Shown here: piece after piece, positions 7,824 through 17,447 of the stretch
Numbering within the stretch: position 1 is the stretch's first letter
Layout of the letters: each line of letters starts with the position of its first letter
DNA from: an uncultured Acidobacteriota bacterium
GTDB taxonomy: Bacteria; Acidobacteriota; Thermoanaerobaculia; UBA5066; DATFVB01
NCBI GenBank assembly: GCA_963813155.1
Contig: CAWEYG010000003.1
Coordinates: forward strand, 704,001-768,000
DNA: 64,000 nt
Direction: 5' to 3'
Notes under the pieces: generated by a model
The model's input: the letters and a program-made list of their open reading frames with translations, nothing else
Told to the model about the DNA's origin: nothing
Database searches by the model: none
Translations under genes and position numbers: made by a program

Positions 7824-10300
7824 TCAGTGCGGAATGACGGCTTCGCCCTTTCCCGGGCTGTCCGGCTCGAACAGGAGCCGGCCCGACTGGAACGAGGCGC
7901 CTCGAAGCGTGAGCGCGAGAGCCTCGCCCAGGTCGCGCACGGGGTGCGCCTGGATCGAGCTTCGAACTTCGTCCGGCAGGTCGGAGAGATCCGGCTCGTT
8001 CTCCTTCGGAAGCACGATCGTCGAAATCCCGGCCCGCACGGCTCCGAGGATCTTCTCCTTCAGCCCGCCGATCGGCAGGACGCGCCCCGAGAGCGTGATC
8101 TCGCCCGTCATCGCGATGTCGTTGCGCACGGGCCGGTGCGAGAGCGCCGAGACGACCGCCGTCGCCATCGTGATGCCGGCCGAGGGACCGTCCTTCGGGA
8201 TCGCCCCCGCGGGGACGTGGATGTGGAGGTCGCGGTCGAACGCTTCCTCCTCGATGCCGAGCAGGGCCGCGTGCGAGCGGGCGTACGTCCACGCCGCCCG
8301 GGCGGATTCCTTCATCACGTCGCCGAGCTGCCCGGTCAGGACGAGCTCGCCCTTGCCGCGCATCGGGGACGCCTCGACGAACATGATGTCGCCGCCGGCG
8401 GGCGTGTAGTACATGCCCGTCGCGACTCCGATCTGGTCCGTCCCCGCCATCCGCTCCGGATGAATCTTCGCCCGCCCGAGCAGCTCCGGAACGTCCTTGT
8501 GCTGCACGACCGCCGACGAAATCTCCCCGCGCCGCGATCTTGCGCGCGAGCTTGCGGGCGAGCTTCCCGAGCGTTCGCTCGAGCTGCCTCACGCCCGACT
8601 CCCGCGTGTAGCCGGTGATCATCTCCGCCAGCGCGTCGTCGGAAATCTCGAGCTGCCCGGCCTTCAGGCCGTTCTCCTCGCGCTGCCGCGGAAGCAGGTA
8701 GCTTCGGGCGATCGCGAGCTTTTCGCGCTCCGTGTAGCCCGCGAACTCCACGACCTCCATTCGGTCGACGAGCGGGCCCGGAATGCTCTGCAGGAAGTTC
8801 GCCGTTGCGATGAAGAGCACCTCCGAAAGGTCGAACGGAACTCCGAGGTAGTGGTCCGTGAAGCTGTCGTTCTGCGCCGGGTCGAGCACCTCGAGCAGCG
8901 CGCTCGCCGGATCCCCCTGGTACGAGATGCCGAGCTTGTCGACCTCGTCGAGCAGGAAGACCGGGTTCTTCGTGCCGGCCTGCTTCATGCCGTTCAGGAT
9001 CCGCCCCGGCATCGCGCCCACGTAGGTGCGCCGGTGCCCGCGGATGTCGGCTTCGTCGCGCGCGCCTCCCAGGGAGATTCGCACGTACTTGCGGCCCATG
9101 GCGCGGGCGATCGATTTCGCGATCGACGTCTTTCCGACGCCGGGAGGGCCGGCGAACAGAAGAATTCTCCCCTTTCCGCCTCGTCCCTCGGCCGGGGCCT
9201 CGCCCGGCTCGCCCTCGGACGGCTCCGCTTTCTCGGCCTTCTCGGCTTTCTCAGCCTTCTCCGCAGAGTCCCGAAGCTGGCGAACGGCCAGAAACTCGAG
9301 GATCCGATCCTTCACGTCCTTGAGGCCGTAGTGGTCCTCGTCCAGAATCTTCGACGCGGCCTGGATGTCGAGGTGCTCGTCGCTCCGGGCGTTCCACGGC
9401 AGCTCCGCGACGTACTCGAGGTAATTTCGGATGATCTGCGATTCCATCGACTCCCGGCCGAGCCGGGTCAGCCGCGCCCACTCGCGGTCAACTTCCTTCC
9501 GGACGGGATCGGAAAGCTGCAGCGCGTCGAGCTTGTCGCGAAGCTCCTTGATTCCTTCGTCTCCGCCTTCCGCCCCTTCGCCGAGCTCCTTTTGAATCGC
9601 CTTCATCTGTTCGCGAAGGAACATCTCCCGCTGGCGTCCGCCGAGCTCTTCCTGGACCTTCGACTTGATGTCCTCCTGGGCGTCGAGGACCGAGATCTGC
9701 CGCTGGACATGGACGAGCATCCGGCGGAGACGGTCTTCGACCGCCAGGGTCTCGAGAAGACCCTGCCGTTCCGCGAAGGGAATCTCGACGTACCCGGCGA
9801 CGAGGTCGGCCAGGCGGCCCGGCTCCTCCACTTCCGCGAGGATCTGATCGATGACCTCGTCGGGAAGGCCGCTCTTGCGGCCCAGCTCGGCCGCCCTCTC
9901 GCGGGCTTCGCGGTAGAGAGCCACGAACGCCGCGTCGTTCGGGATCGATCGGCAGCATCTCTGCCGCGTCGAGAACGGCGGCCTCGAGGTAGCCGTCCCG
10001 GGTCGAAAACCTCGCCGCGATTCCCCGCCGCTTTCCCTGGAGCAGAAGCCGCGTGCCGCCGAGACCTCGCTGGATCGCGCCGATCGAGGCGACGGTCCCG
10101 ATCGTGTAGAGCGTCTCGGGGGAGACTTTCTCGATGTCCTGGCGCTGCGAGATCGCGAAGACGAGCCGGTCCGGCGACGCTGCGGCCGCCTCGATCGCGC
10201 GGAGCGTTCCCGGACGACCCGCGGCAATGGGAATACTCACCCCGGGGAAGAGCACCGCCGCCCTCAGCGGAACGACGGGAAGGTTCACCGTTTCGACCAT
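7824..10300 (-). CDS. lon: ATP-dependent protease La (Lon), split by frameshifts near 9945 and 8520
   Basis: LPVVPLR..VLFPG N-domain, DHYGLKDVKDRILEFLAV, GPPGVGKT Walker A, LLDEVDK, catalytic PKDGPSAG and PIGGLKEK. Confidence 0.95.
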
Positions 10301-10381
10301 CGAAGTCCTCCTGTCAATATCTACACCGACATTCGACATCCGAAACATTGATAGTAGCGCCATTATTTCTTCAACGGAAGA

Positions 10382-10404
10382 ATCTGAGCTTAAACAGCTT
10401 AGAT
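10382..10404. promoter_or_regulatory. Inverted repeat upstream of lon (HAIR/HspR-operator-like)
   Basis: ATCTGAGCT-TAAAC-AGCTTAGAT (8/9 dyad), which reads as TCTGAGC-N7-GCTTAGA versus HAIR CTTGAGT-N7-ACTCAAG. Confidence 0.45.
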
Positions 10405-10412
10405 ATGACAGT

Positions 10413-10448
10413 GTGCGGTTTTGGGATTTTGGCGTCCCACAAGCGCAC
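10413..10448. promoter_or_regulatory. Candidate enhancer (UAS) for a sigma54 activator
   Basis: Dyad GTGCG-N4-TGGGA-N8-TCCCA-N4-CGCAC, about 75-110 bp upstream of the -24 element. Confidence 0.5.
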
Positions 10449-10482
10449 GTTCCCGGGGTCTCCTGCGTTCTCCCATCGCTGT

Positions 10483-10495
10483 CAACTCATTGATA
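10483..10495 (-). promoter_or_regulatory. IHF binding site
   Basis: The minus strand reads TATCAATGAGTTG, a perfect WATCAANNNNTTR, between the UAS and the -24/-12 element. Confidence 0.55.
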
Positions 10496-10523
10496 AATCA
10501 AGTGTTGGTCGAAGAGCCGTCCG

Positions 10524-10538
10524 TGGCACGGACTTTGA
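10524..10538 (+). promoter_or_regulatory. sigma54 (-24/-12) promoter of the transporter operon
   Basis: TGGCACG-GACT-TTGA: perfect -24 box, -12 box TTGA instead of TTGC, 24 nt before the ATG at 10563. Confidence 0.55.
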
Positions 10539-10562
10539 GCTACAGGCTGCCCGAGAGAACGA

Positions 10563-11810
10563 ATGGACATCGCACGCGATACCCGAAAGCCGAAACGCCG
10601 GCGGATCATCCTCGGAATTTCCGGGGTCCTGGCCGTACTGCTCGTCACGCTCGGCCTGAGCCGGCTCAAGCCCGCCGCCCCGTCGGTTGACCGCGGAACG
10701 CTCTGGATCGATGCCGTCAAACGCGGCGAGATGCTCCGCGAGGTGCGAGGAACTGGAACGCTCCTGCCCGAAGTGGTGCGCTGGATCCCCGCGGCCACAG
10801 AAGGGCGGGTGGAACGGATCCTCGTCTACCCCGGAACCGAAGTGAAGCCGGACACCGTGATCCTCGAGCTCTCCAACCCGGACGTCATGCTGGCCTCGCA
10901 GGACGCCGCGCTGCAGCTCAAGAGCGCGGAAGCCGATTTCGTGAGCCAGCGCGTGAGCATCGAGGGGAAGCAGATGGACCAGCAGTCGACGCTCGCCTCG
11001 CTGGAGGCCGACTACAACCAGGCTTCGCGGGAATCCGCGATGAATGAAAAACTTTTCCAGGACGGGCTCGTCTCCAGTTTAGTGCTGCAGAACTCGCGCG
11101 GGAAAGCGGAGGAGCTCTCGAAGCGTCTCGACATCGAGCGGCGGAGGCTCGCCATGAGCGGAGATTCCGTCCAGGCGCAGCTCGCGGCGCAGCGGACTCA
11201 GGTCGAAAAGGTCCAGGCGCTCGTCGCGGTCCGCCGGGAGCAGGCCGGCGCCCTGAAGGTCCGGGCGGGCATCCGGGGGGTCCTCCAGCAGGTTCCCGTC
11301 GAAGTGGGCCAGCGCGTCGCCCCGGGCGCGACGCTCGCGAAGGTCGCCCAGCCGGAGAAGCTCAAGGCGGAGTTGAAGATCGCGGAGACCCAGGCCAAGG
11401 ACATCCTGCCCGGCCAGCTCGCCTCGATCGACACGCGCAACGGCATCGTGCCGGGCAAGGTCTTCCGCATCGACCCGGCCGTTCAGAACGGAACCGTCAC
11501 GGTCGACGTCGCCCTCCTCGGAGACCTCCCGAAGGGCGCCCGGCCCGACCTGACGGTCGACGGAACGATCGAGCTCGAGAGGCTCGAGAAGATCCTCTTC
11601 ATCGGGCGCCCGGCCTTCGGCCAGGAGCGCAGCACCGTGGGAATGTTCCGGCTCGATCCGAACGAGAAATTCGCCGTTCGCGTCCCCGTCCAGCTCGGGC
11701 GGGGCTCGGTCAACACGGTCGAGGTGGTCGGCGGTCTCAAGGAGGGAGAGAAGGCGATTCTCTCCGATATGTCGCGTTGGGACGGTTTCGACCGAATTCG
11801 ACTGGAGTGA
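10563..11810 (+). CDS. Periplasmic adaptor / membrane fusion protein (HlyD/MacA-like)
   Basis: N-terminal TM, EGRVERILVYPG and VRAGIRGVLQQVPVEVGQRV lipoyl halves around a coiled coil, C-terminal VEVVGGLKEGE. Confidence 0.92.
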   Translation: MDIARDTRKPKRRRIILGISGVLAVLLVTLGLSRLKPAAPSVDRGTLWIDAVKRGEMLREVRGTGTLLPEVVRWIPAATEGRVERILVYPGTEVKPDTVILELSNPDVMLASQDAALQLKSAEADFVSQRVSIEGKQMDQQSTLASLEADYNQASRESAMNEKLFQDGLVSSLVLQNSRGKAEELSKRLDIERRRLAMSGDSVQAQLAAQRTQVEKVQALVAVRREQAGALKVRAGIRGVLQQVPVEVGQRVAPGATLAKVAQPEKLKAELKIAETQAKDILPGQLASIDTRNGIVPGKVFRIDPAVQNGTVTVDVALLGDLPKGARPDLTVDGTIELERLEKILFIGRPAFGQERSTVGMFRLDPNEKFAVRVPVQLGRGSVNTVEVVGGLKEGEKAILSDMSRWDGFDRIRLE

Positions 11811-11821
11811 AAGGAAGCGGG

Positions 11822-12538
11822 ATGAACGACACCTCGAAGGCCATGGAAGACCGGTTGATCCAGATGGTGGGTATCCAGAAAGTCTTCTACACGGAAGAAG
11901 TGGAGACCCACGCCCTCTCGGAAATCCATCTGGAAATTTGCCGCGGCGAATACGTCGCGATCGCCGGCCCGTCGGGCTCGGGAAAGTCGACGCTCCTCGC
12001 GATCATGGGCCTGCTCGACACTCCGACCGGCGGCCAGTACATCCTCGCGGGAAAGCCCGTCGAGGACATCGACGCCTCCGAGCGGGCGCGAATCCGGAAC
12101 CGGCAGATCGGATTCATCTTCCAGAGCTTCAACCTGATCGGCGACCTGACGGTTTACGAGAACGTCGAGCTGCCACTGACCTACCGCGGCATGTCGTCGG
12201 CGGACCGCCGGACCCGCGTGCACGAGTCGCTCGAGCGTGTCGGGATGAGCCACCGCACGAAGCACTATCCTTCGCAGCTCTCCGGCGGCCAGCAGCAGCG
12301 CGTCGCGGTCGCCCGCGCCCTCGCCGGCTCGCCATCGATTCTCCTGGCCGACGAGCCGACCGGAAACCTCGACTCCCGGAACGCCGAATCCGTCATGGAG
12401 CTCCTCCAGGAACTGCACCGGGAGGGAGCGACGATCTGTACGGTCACGCACGACCCCCGGTTCGCCCAGCACGCCGACAGGACGATCCACGTGTTCGACG
12501 GGCGAATCGTCGAAGAGACGCTCGCGGCGGAAGCCTAG
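11822..12538 (+). CDS. ABC transporter ATP-binding protein (MacB/LolD-type) #1
   Basis: GPSGSGKST, IGFIFQSFNL, LSGGQQQRV, ILLADEPTGNLD, VTHD. Confidence 0.95.
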   Translation: MNDTSKAMEDRLIQMVGIQKVFYTEEVETHALSEIHLEICRGEYVAIAGPSGSGKSTLLAIMGLLDTPTGGQYILAGKPVEDIDASERARIRNRQIGFIFQSFNLIGDLTVYENVELPLTYRGMSSADRRTRVHESLERVGMSHRTKHYPSQLSGGQQQRVAVARALAGSPSILLADEPTGNLDSRNAESVMELLQELHREGATICTVTHDPRFAQHADRTIHVFDGRIVEETLAAEA

Positions 12539-12550
12539 AAAGGGGCTGCC

Positions 12551-15017
12551 ATGGAGACGGTGCGAGCCTTTCTCCGGGACCTCCGACACGCGGTCCGTGC
12601 GCTCGCCGCCCGCCCGGGTTTCACCGCCGCGGCGATCGTCTCGCTCGCGATCGGGATCGGCGCCGGGACCGCGATCTTTTCGGTCGTTTACGGCGTCCTC
12701 CTGCGGCCCCTTCCCTACCCGGGCGAAAACCGGCTCGTCGATGTCGCCGAGGTCAACGCGAAAGGACACGTCACGCGGATGGCCGACGCGAACTTTCTCG
12801 ACCTGCGCGACCGAAGCCGGACGCTCGAGGCGCTCGCCGAGTACTCGTCCGGCGTCGGAGCCGTCGCGACGCCGACCGAAGCTCTCCGAACGGACGTCGC
12901 CTCCGTTTCGGCGCAATTCTTCCGCACTCTCGGCGTCGAACCGTCGTTCGGCCGCGGCTTCGCGCCGGCCGAGCTCGTCCCGGGCGGCCCTCCGGTCGCC
13001 CTCGTCAGCGAAGAATTCTGGCGCGCTCATCTGGGCGCCGCGCGCAATCCGGGGTCGGTTCCGCTTCGCATCGACGGAGTGCCCCACACGGTCGTCGGCG
13101 TCCTGCCCGCCGGTTTCCATTTTCCCGCAGCCGCGCAGGTGTGGGTGGCGCGGGAGCGGTTCCCGTGGCTTCCGAGTCGCACCGCGCACAACGACCGGGT
13201 AATCGGCCGGAGGAAGCCCGGCGTCTCGCTGGACGCGCTGCGCGCGGACCTCTCGGCCATTGCGAAGCGCCTCGCGGCAGAATACGGCAAGGACACCAAC
13301 ATGGCCGACACGGCGGCCGTGCCGCTGCGCGAATCGATCGTCGGCCGCACCCGGCCCGCCCTTTTCCTTCTCCTGGGCGCGGCGGCGGCGCTCTTTCTGG
13401 TCGGATGCGTGGACGTCGTGGCGCTGCTCCTGGCGCGCGCGGCGTCCCGGCGACGCGAAATCGCAGTTCGACGCGCGCTCGGCGCGGGCCGCCTTGACGT
13501 CATCCGCACGTTTCTCGCCGAGGCGCTCGGTGTTTCCATCCCGGGAGGGATCCTCGGTGTGGCGATCGCCGCGGTCCTCGTGCGCTCGGTCGCCCGGTTC
13601 GCGCCTCCCGGCCTCCCGCGGGTCGCAGAGATCGCGATCGACGCTCCGGCTCTCGCCGCCGCGCTGTTTCTCTCCGTGTTCGCGGCGGGGATGCTCGCGG
13701 TCGCAACCGCGTGGAACGAGTACGGCAGCCGGCTCGCCGAAGTGCTCCGCGGGCACCAGACCACCTCCGACACCCGGACTCGCCGGGCGCAACGAACGCT
13801 CTCGGTCGGCCAGCTCGCCGTCACGACCGTCCTCCTCGCGGGTGTTTCCCTGCTCGCCCGAAGCCTCACCCGGCTGCTCGACGTTCCTTTCGGATTCCAG
13901 CCGGCTCACGTGCTGACCATGGATCTCGACCTTCCGGCCGCGGGATATCGCTACGTCCTTCCCTCGGACGAACGGTCGCAAAGGGCCGAGAAGATCGCCC
14001 GCGTCCTCGACGGCGTGAGCCGCCTCCCGGGCGTCGAAAAGGTGGGAGCGACCGACGCGCTCCCGATCGGTACCGACGCGCCCGACGGCACGTTTCTCCT
14101 TCTTCAGCCGGGACAGGCGATCACCGATCCGTCCGATTTCGAACGGCTCTTCCGGGACGCCGGCCGAACGGGATCGGCCGATTTCGCGCTCGCGACGGCC
14201 GGGTACTTTCCTTCGATGGGAATCCCTCTGCTGCGGGGACGCCTGTTCGACGCGCGCGACGGCGCAGACGCCCCTCACGTCGCCGTGATCAGCCAATCCC
14301 TGGCGAAGGCGCGCTTCGCCGACCGGGACCCCATCGGGCAGGCGATCGAGTTCGGCAACATGGACGGCGACCTGCGGCCGCTGACGATCGTCGGCGTGGT
14401 CGGCGACGTGCACGAGAGCCGCATCGAGAACCCGCCCGAGCCCATTCTGTACGCCAACCTCGCGCAGCGCCAGAAGGGACCGACCGTGACCGTGACGATA
14501 CGCGCCGCCGGCAACCCCCTCGCGCTCGCGGCAGGCCGCGCGTCGCGTCGCTCGCGACGTGGATCCCTCCGTTCCGGCGACGATTCGGACCATGGACGAA
14601 GTGATCGCGGAGGCTGTCGCGCCCCGCCGCGTCGGGCTCCTGCTGCTTGTGGTCTTCAGCGTGGCCGCGCTCGCGCTCGCCTGCACGGGGCTCGCCGGCA
14701 TCACGGCCTACTCGATCGCCCAGCGGCAGCGCGAGATGGGAATCCGAACGGCGCTGGGGGCGCGTCCCTCCGGTCTTCTCGGGCTGCTTCTTTCCGAGCA
14801 GTCCCGGCTGGTCGCCGCCGGCGTGGCGGCGGGAGCCGTGATCGCCGCGGCGTTCGGAGGGACGGCTCGCGCGGTGCTGTTCGGAGTCGAGGCCTGGGAC
14901 CCGCTCTCGCTCGCGGCGTCCGCGGCGGTTCTCGCCGGGTGCGCGACGATCGCCGTTCTGATCCCCTCCCTGCGCCTGCTCCGGCTTCCCGCTGCGGACG
15001 CGTTGCGAATGGAATGA
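12551..15017 (+). CDS. ADOP-family duplicated ABC permease #1 (frameshift near 14535)
   Basis: DLRHAVR..PGFT..LAIGIGAGTAIFSVV, RRREIAVRRALGA, second half QRQREMGIRTALGA, ending DALRME. Confidence 0.88.
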
Positions 15018-15026
15018 GGTGAAAAA

Positions 15027-17438
15027 ATGAACGGCTTTCTGCACGACCTTCGATTCGCCGCCCGCTCGCTGAGAAAGTCGCCGGGCTTCACGGCGGTCGC
15101 CGTCGCGACCCTGGCGCTGGGGATCGGCGCGAATACCGCCATCTTCTCCGTCGTTCATGCCGCCCTTCTTCGCCGGCTGCCGTTCCGGGACGCCGATCGG
15201 CTCGTCTTCGTCTGGGAATCCGCCAGGACGCAGGGTTCGGAGAAAAACGTCGTCAACCCGGGCAACTACATGCGCTGGACGGAGAGAAACCGATCCTTCG
15301 AGAGCCTCGCGGCGATGACCCCGTGGACCGCGAACCTGAGCGGGCCGGGAGATCCCGTTCGAATCAAGATCGGCTACGTCTCGGGGAACTTCTTTCCGAC
15401 TCTCGGAGGCCTGCCCCTCGCCGGACGGCTCCTGCAACCGTCGGACGCGAAGGACCGGAGCCCCGACGTGGTCGCAATTTCCGCGGGGCTCTGGCAGAGG
15501 CGCTTTGGAAGCGACCCCTCGATCCTCGGGAAGATCGTCCGGATCAACGGCGTCCCCTGCGCCGTGGTCGGAGTCGTACCGCTCCATCTCGACGTTCCCG
15601 CCGGCACGGATGTCTGGATGCCGATGGCGTTCGGCGCCCGGCAGCGGGACGTGCCGGGAAGGTATCTGACCGTCATCGGGCGTCTGAGGAGGGGCGTTTC
15701 CCTTCGACAGTCTCAGCAGGAAATGGCGTCGATCGCGGCCGCGCTTCGGAAAGAGCGTCCCGACATCGACAGCGGGTGGGGCGCGCGCGTCGTTTCGATG
15801 CGCGAACAGATCGTCGGCGATTTTCGAACCGGCCTTCTGGTCCTGATGGGGGCCGTCGGCTGCCTCCTGCTGATCGGTTGCGCGAATCTCGCGAATCTCG
15901 TCCTCGGCCGGACGGCCGGCCGGCGGCGGGAGCTCGCCGTTCGCGCCGCGCTCGGGGCTTCCCGCGGGCAGATCGCCCGGGCCCTCCTCGCCGAAACCGT
16001 TCTGCTCGCGATCGCGGGAGGCTTCGCAGGAGGCGCGTTCGGAATCCTCGGCGTCCGGGCGCTCCTGGCCCTCGTCCCGGCGGACCTTCCGAATTTCCTC
16101 GGCGTGCGCGTCAGCGCGCCCGTTCTGGCATTCACGGCGGCCGTCTCGGTTCTCGTCGGCTTTCTCTTCGGCCTCTATCCGGCCCTTCGCGCCGGAGGTG
16201 GAAACCTGCAGGAGAGACTGCGGGGCGCGGGCTCGACGGACTCGCCCACGGGCGCGAAATACTCCCGCTGGCTGATCGGCATGGAAGTCGCCGCCTGCGT
16301 CGTCCTTTTGTCCGGCGCCGGCCTGCTCCTGAGAAGCCTGGCCGCGCTCTGGAGCGTCGATCCCGGTTTCCGCACCGAAAGCATCCTGACTTTTCGCCTC
16401 GACCTTCCCACCCGGAGCTACTCCGATTCGCAGAAAATCACGACTTTTTCGGATGCCGCGGAACAAAGGCTGCGCTCCCTGCCCGGCGTGAATAGCGTCG
16501 GGGTCATCAGCTGGCTACCGCTCGGCGGGCCCGGCGCGGCGACCCAATACTTTCCCGCGGACCGCCCCGCGCCGGCCCCGGGCTCCGAACCGGTTGCCGA
16601 AGTTCGAGTCGTCAGCTCCGGATTCTTCCCGACGGCGGGAGTGCCGCTTCTTCACGGCCGGCTCTTCGGAAACGAGGACTCGGCGCGGAGCCCATTGCGC
16701 GCCGTGATCAACGCTCAGCTGGCCCGAAGAAGCTTCGACGGCCGCGATCCGATCGGTAAGCGGCTTTCCGTGAGCTGGGGCCCGGCCCCGGAAGGCGAGA
16801 GCGTGGAAGTCGTCGGCGTCGTGGCGGACTCGCAATTCGTCTCTCTCGACGCGGAAGTTCGCCCGGTGATCTTCCTTCCGCAGAGCCAGCAACCCAACAA
16901 TTTCATGACCGTGCTGTTGCGAAGCTCCGGGCGCCCGGCGTCCCTCGCGCCGTCGATTCGCGCGACGATCCGCTCCCTCGATCCGGAGCTGCCTGTCGCG
17001 GAGATTCAACCGATGGACAGGGTCGTCGCGGATTCCCTCAAACGGCCCCGGTTCTTCTCGACGCTCCTCGGCCTGTTCGCAGGTCTCGCGCTCCTGCTCG
17101 CGGCCATCGGCGTCTACGGCGTCGTCAATTCGTCAACCGTCCGGCGAACCCGCGAAGTCGGAATCCGGATCGCTCTCGGCGCGCGCCCCGCCGACATCGT
17201 CCGGAACGTCGTCTCACGGGGGATGTTGCCGGTCGCCGCGGGCGCCGCAACCGGCCTCGCGGGATCGTTCGTCGCGGGGCGCCTCCTCAAGAGCCTCCTG
17301 TTCGGAAGAACCCCTGTGGACGCCGTCGCCCTCCTCGGCGCGGTTTTCCTTCTCGTTACGACGGCCCTCATCGCCTGCGCGATTCCCGCCCGACGCGCCG
17401 CGAAAATCGATCCCCTCCGGGCGCTTCGAGCAGAGTGA
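15027..17438 (+). CDS. ADOP-family duplicated ABC permease #2
   Basis: 803 aa, two MacB-PCD/FtsX repeats, LGIGANTAIFSVV, CANLANL, REVGIRIALGA, IDPLRALRAE. Confidence 0.92.
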   Translation: MNGFLHDLRFAARSLRKSPGFTAVAVATLALGIGANTAIFSVVHAALLRRLPFRDADRLVFVWESARTQGSEKNVVNPGNYMRWTERNRSFESLAAMTPWTANLSGPGDPVRIKIGYVSGNFFPTLGGLPLAGRLLQPSDAKDRSPDVVAISAGLWQRRFGSDPSILGKIVRINGVPCAVVGVVPLHLDVPAGTDVWMPMAFGARQRDVPGRYLTVIGRLRRGVSLRQSQQEMASIAAALRKERPDIDSGWGARVVSMREQIVGDFRTGLLVLMGAVGCLLLIGCANLANLVLGRTAGRRRELAVRAALGASRGQIARALLAETVLLAIAGGFAGGAFGILGVRALLALVPADLPNFLGVRVSAPVLAFTAAVSVLVGFLFGLYPALRAGGGNLQERLRGAGSTDSPTGAKYSRWLIGMEVAACVVLLSGAGLLLRSLAALWSVDPGFRTESILTFRLDLPTRSYSDSQKITTFSDAAEQRLRSLPGVNSVGVISWLPLGGPGAATQYFPADRPAPAPGSEPVAEVRVVSSGFFPTAGVPLLHGRLFGNEDSARSPLRAVINAQLARRSFDGRDPIGKRLSVSWGPAPEGESVEVVGVVADSQFVSLDAEVRPVIFLPQSQQPNNFMTVLLRSSGRPASLAPSIRATIRSLDPELPVAEIQPMDRVVADSLKRPRFFSTLLGLFAGLALLLAAIGVYGVVNSSTVRRTREVGIRIALGARPADIVRNVVSRGMLPVAAGAATGLAGSFVAGRLLKSLLFGRTPVDAVALLGAVFLLVTTALIACAIPARRAAKIDPLRALRAE

Positions 17439-17447
17439 GGTGACGCG

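Noticed and set aside
4028-10300. Genomic island integrated at tRNA-Gly
   Set aside because: No integrase, no duplicated tRNA 3' end noticed, and no compositional shift.
7824-10300. lon as a pseudogene or programmed frameshift
   Set aside because: All catalytic motifs are intact, no slippery site is evident, and indels are scattered throughout the window.
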